Below the pieces are notes generated by a model. The model ran no database searches. It had not been told where the DNA came from and was given only the letters and a program-made list of their open reading frames with translations. Of a DNA stretch of 44,988 bases, positions 44,850 through 44,988 are shown piece by piece. The DNA is taken from the NCBI GenBank assembly GCA_038212275.1, contig JBBQUR010000028.1:1-44988 (forward strand). Direction: 5' to 3'. The first letter of the stretch is position 1, and the number at the start of each line of letters is the position of its first letter. The translations under genes were made by a program, and so were the position numbers. The stretch is from Planctomycetota bacterium. GTDB lineage: Bacteria; Planctomycetota; B15-G4.

Positions 44850-44988
44850 GTAAGCGTCCGGGCAGGCTTTCCGCAGGCAGTTGAGGCGCCGACCTGCGGT
44901 CGTCCTACTGGTGCGCATGAAGACCAGGACCGTGCGCCGATCGTCCCGCGAGAGTGAGAGCTACCACCGGACGCTGCTGCGCGAGCAG
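44850..44988 (+). mobile_element. Probable IS66-family left end with start of tnpA (ATG 44917, runs off the window)
   Basis: GTAAGCGTCC terminus typical of IS66; MKTRTVRRSSRESESYHRTLLREQ resembles a TnpA N-terminus. Confidence 0.65.

Overview
GC-rich bacterial DNA, most likely from an uncultured Planctomycetota-type genome (inferred from gene content). It has two halves. (1) 1-~27 kb is an accessory region of secreted proteins (TSP-C/lectin, NHL beta-propeller, FG-GAP/VCBS, beta-helix). Most carry a shared ~120-aa C-terminal module (W-x-[DN]-[LA]-G...PFKGGTL...Q..IQD...SN) or a divergent version of it. They are interleaved with two ECF43/TIGR02999-type sigma + Ser/Thr-kinase-TPR pairs, a two-component system with an erythromycin-esterase-family gene, and many remnants: a truncated group II intron, two RelE/HigB-like toxin fragments, an IS fragment and orphan C-terminal modules. 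A TGTCGG-N17-CG(T/A) motif precedes four of the secreted genes or remnants. (2) ~27.5-44.6 kb is a stress-type cluster: lipoprotein, DUF3309, C39 peptidase + small partner, Dps, PRC-barrel, ElaB-like fragment, ECF sigma, NtrC-family activator, sensor-less His kinase, CheB/CheR-PAS hybrid kinase, beta-helix and DUF3494 ice-binding protein. Seven transcription units there have a sigma54 -24/-12-like element. The window ends in the probable left end of an IS66 element. All family calls come from motif recognition by eye, not database searches.
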